Assembly: GCA_038087875.1 (NCBI GenBank)
Contig: CM075978.1
Location: 190,092,001 to 190,156,000 of the forward strand
Origin: Malacoraja senta
Lineage: Eukaryota
Direction: 5' to 3'
DNA length: 64,000 nucleotides
Part shown: in pieces, positions 61,225 through 64,000 of the stretch
How positions within the stretch are numbered: position 1 is the first letter of the stretch
Layout of the letters: each line of letters begins with the position of its first letter
Translations under genes and position numbers: made by a program
The notes under the pieces: model-generated
What the model was told of the DNA's origin: nothing
Databases searched by the model: none
What the model saw: the letters and a program-made list of their open reading frames with translations, nothing else

Positions 61225-62336
61225 TTTTTTATGACAGTGCAGTTCTCTCCAATCTTCATATTTCTGTGTTCCACCCTGTCCCTCCTTCCCGTCTAATCAA
61301 TTATCAGCCCACTACTGCCGCTCAGAAGTGAAAATACATTACGCATATCGATAAATCATCTCTGGTTGGCTTGACACTGATTGATGTAATCATCTTCTCC
61401 CCCCACCCCGCACCCAACTCCGTTTTTCCCCCCCACTAGTTTGCTTGATGGAGGTTTTTTTTTTTTTTTTAAAGAAACGCGCGGACTCGGCTACTTTGAG
61501 CGTATTAGGTCGACTTTTCAAACCGATAGCTACAATACTGAACACGAGCTAAAGTTGTTCGAAAACACCGCTGCCTAGAATGTAAACGTTTGAAACTTTT
61601 GCAATGGGTCCCACTACTTAAATAAAAGCATAGACCCGAATAGGCCCAATCGGCATATTGTTTCAATATGTTGGATTTTTTTTTTTTACCGCAATTGGGT
61701 AATTCCACGACTTGAGCTTATGTTGTTAATAAAACAGTCGCGCTTTCATGTTAATGCTTTAGAAATGATTTAATGACCGCCCTTATTTTCTTTGGATTAC
61801 TTTAAAAAAAAAAGAATTGATTTCCCAACAAGAAGTCTTTTAAGATAACTAGATCTTTGAAATTCATCAAATATTCGCATGTGGATTTTGGGCACCCTCC
61901 CGAGGTAACATAAAGTTAGACCGGGGTGGGGAGAAAGAGGGATTGGTTTGACATACTTTTCAAACTCCCAAATCCTTCATCCGAATTAGTGTTCTCTCTC
62001 TCTATCTGTGACCCCCCCCCCCCCCCTCGCTCTCTCTCCCTCTATATCGCTCTCTCTCTCTCTCTCTCTCTTTCTCGGACAAACACTAATGCAGAATAGA
62101 AAGCTTCACCGCCTGACTTCAACTGTTATAATTTGGAGCATTGTATGCACGTTCCGCCTCTCGGGCAGCGGCCGAGGTATGGCCGCGTGTTTGAGTGTGT
62201 GGAGGTACCCTGTATCATTGAATGCACAGGTGTGTGTGTGTGTGTTGATTGTTCCCCGGTAAAGGGAAGGGCTTTAATATTCCGGGTTCAGCCATAACCG
62301 TGCGAGAGACGTGTTTCCAGCAAACTGTTACTGGAC

Positions 62337-62649
62337 CCAAGATAGACACAAAATGCTGGAGTAACTCAGCTGGACAGGCAGCATCTCTGGAGAGAAGACC
62401 ATTCTTCAGCCCAGGCTGGGTACTAGACACAAGCAAACATATTCGGGGTGAGAGATTTTCGGCTCTCTTCATAGATCCAGAATGCTAAATATGTTCCAGA
62501 CGTTAGAACGAGTTTCTTTAATTCGTTCCATGTCGTTTGAACCCGACCAGTTGGAATGTAGAAGGGTCTCGACCCGAAACGTCACCCATTCCTTCTCTCC
62601 AGAGATGCTGCCTGTCCCGCTGAGTTACTCCAGCATTTTGTGTCTATCT
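62337..62649. mobile_element. Two PLE mini-elements (62337-62409 minus; 62561-62649 plus)
   Basis: Tail homology; the second starts inside the hammerhead core (gaagggtctcgacccgaaacgtc). Confidence 0.75.
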
Positions 62650-63034
62650 AGTTGGAGTAAAGTTGTCGGCAGGAGAAAGTGTTACCAGTATTTGTTAGTT
62701 TTTAGGGTTTGTTGTAATGCTTATATAGTGTGTATCTTTAGAGACAGGGATTTGTGAATCACATGACCCGCGTTTTCATATATAAAGACAATTATTAGAC
62801 TTTATAGACAATTATTAGACATTATGGCTGCAGATTTTCCGTAACGTTGGGGGAGGTTTCCGCTGCAATATCGGGTTGAATGAGATTGAATCTTATTTTA
62901 TAAGGCGACGTGAACAAAACTTGGGAACGTTAATATTGAAAGACTTGCACGGGACATTGGATTTTCCAATCACACCCTGTTGAGAAATCAAACGTGAGGG
63001 TGTGGGTACAGTTGGACCAGTTATCTAGAAGCTC

Positions 63035-63345
63035 TGTAGATACCAGGAACTGCAGATGCTGGTTTGCAATTTTTTTTAAAAGACACAAAGTGCTGGAGTA
63101 ACTCAGCAGGTCAGACTGCATCGCTGGAGAACATGGATAGGCGACATTTCAGTCCGAGGAAGGGTCGCGAGCCGAGACGTCGCCGATCCACGTTCCCCAG
63201 AGATGCTCCCGAGTCTGAAGAAGGGTCTCGACCCGAAACATCACCCATTCCTTCTCTACAGAGATCCTGCCTGGCCCGCTGAGTTACTCCGGCACTTTGT
63301 ATCTATCTTCGGTTTCAAGCAGCATTTGCAGTTCCTTGTTTCTAC
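63035..63345. mobile_element. Fold-back PLE mini-element with tandem hammerhead cores (63154-63181 degenerate, 63215-63242)
   Basis: Inverted arm followed by two direct copies of the core. Confidence 0.78.
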
Positions 63346-63447
63346 CCTTCTTCAGAGGGGTTGGAATGGTCCTTTTTGTTTACTAGGAAGATCTGGCGTG
63401 AACGCGACGACCGGTTCTGGGGAGTGAATGAACGATTGTGTTCACTG

Positions 63448-63608
63448 GTAGACAAAAATGCTGGAGAATGCTCCCTAGTCTGAAGAAGGGTCTCGACCCG
63501 AAACGTCACCAATTCCTTCGCTCCACAGACGCTGCCTCACCCGCTGAACTTCTCCAGCATTTTTGTCTTCCTTCGATTTTTCCAGCATCTGCAGTTCTTT
63601 CTTAAACA
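63448..63608 (+). mobile_element. PLE mini-element with short inverted 5' arm and intact hammerhead core (63480-63507)
   Basis: 14-bp perfect TSD GATTGTGTTCACTG (63434-63447, 63609-63622). Confidence 0.9.
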
Positions 63609-64000
63609 GATTGTGTTCACTGATTTGGTTGAAAATGAAGTAACTGTTCAAAAAAAAATATTGGAAAGTTGAAAGAGTTTACCTGTAAGTTAAATTCCGA
63701 TACAACAGTTATCGGCGATCCCTCCAAAAAAACGAAATAGCCAAGTGTAATTTGGATTTTGTATGGCGGTTTGAAAATTGCACAAAAGAGCTTCAAATTG
63801 AGATCGGGAATGTTTGAAACTTCAGTAATGATACATTTAAAGACTATGTACGCGTAATTTTAACATTGATGTTGGCTCCTATGTTATGCTGCACAAGTAG
63901 CGATCACTTGCAACGAAAAGTTAATCTTTTAAATTTCATTTTAAGTTGATTTAACAGGGGCCATATTCTTACAATCGGTAATTCTAAAATCCTAAACGTT

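Overview
Vertebrate genomic DNA, most likely a cartilaginous fish (skate/ray type, inferred from the repeat families). It holds one protein-coding gene, the Iroquois homeobox gene irx3 (+ strand, 4 coding exons: 54191-54403, 55110-56112, 56778-56844, 57075-57129; 445 aa). The gene sits in a CpG-richer, transposon-poor domain (about 45.3-63 kb). Upstream is ~54 kb of gene desert, with repeat-free AT/TAAT-rich blocks (candidate conserved enhancers) interleaved with dense, often nested mobile elements: tRNA-derived V-SINEs, CR1 and Rex1-type LINE tails, Penelope-like elements (PLEs), Harbinger-type MITEs, a P/hAT-like MITE and non-autonomous Helitrons. Two self-cleaving-ribozyme-bearing retroelement families stand out. 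(1) A ~145-bp SINE-like element whose first base is G1 of a compact HDV/CPEB3-like ribozyme (24384-24436 +, 28659-28712 -). (2) About 20 PLE-derived mini-elements carrying or truncated within a minimal hammerhead core (CTGAAGA-A-GGG-N6-CCC-GAAACGTY), many with target-site duplications and some folded back on themselves at the ribozyme. Most ORFs in the supplied track are repeat-derived or spurious. Repeat boundaries were read by eye and may be off by some bases; no database search or folding program was run.
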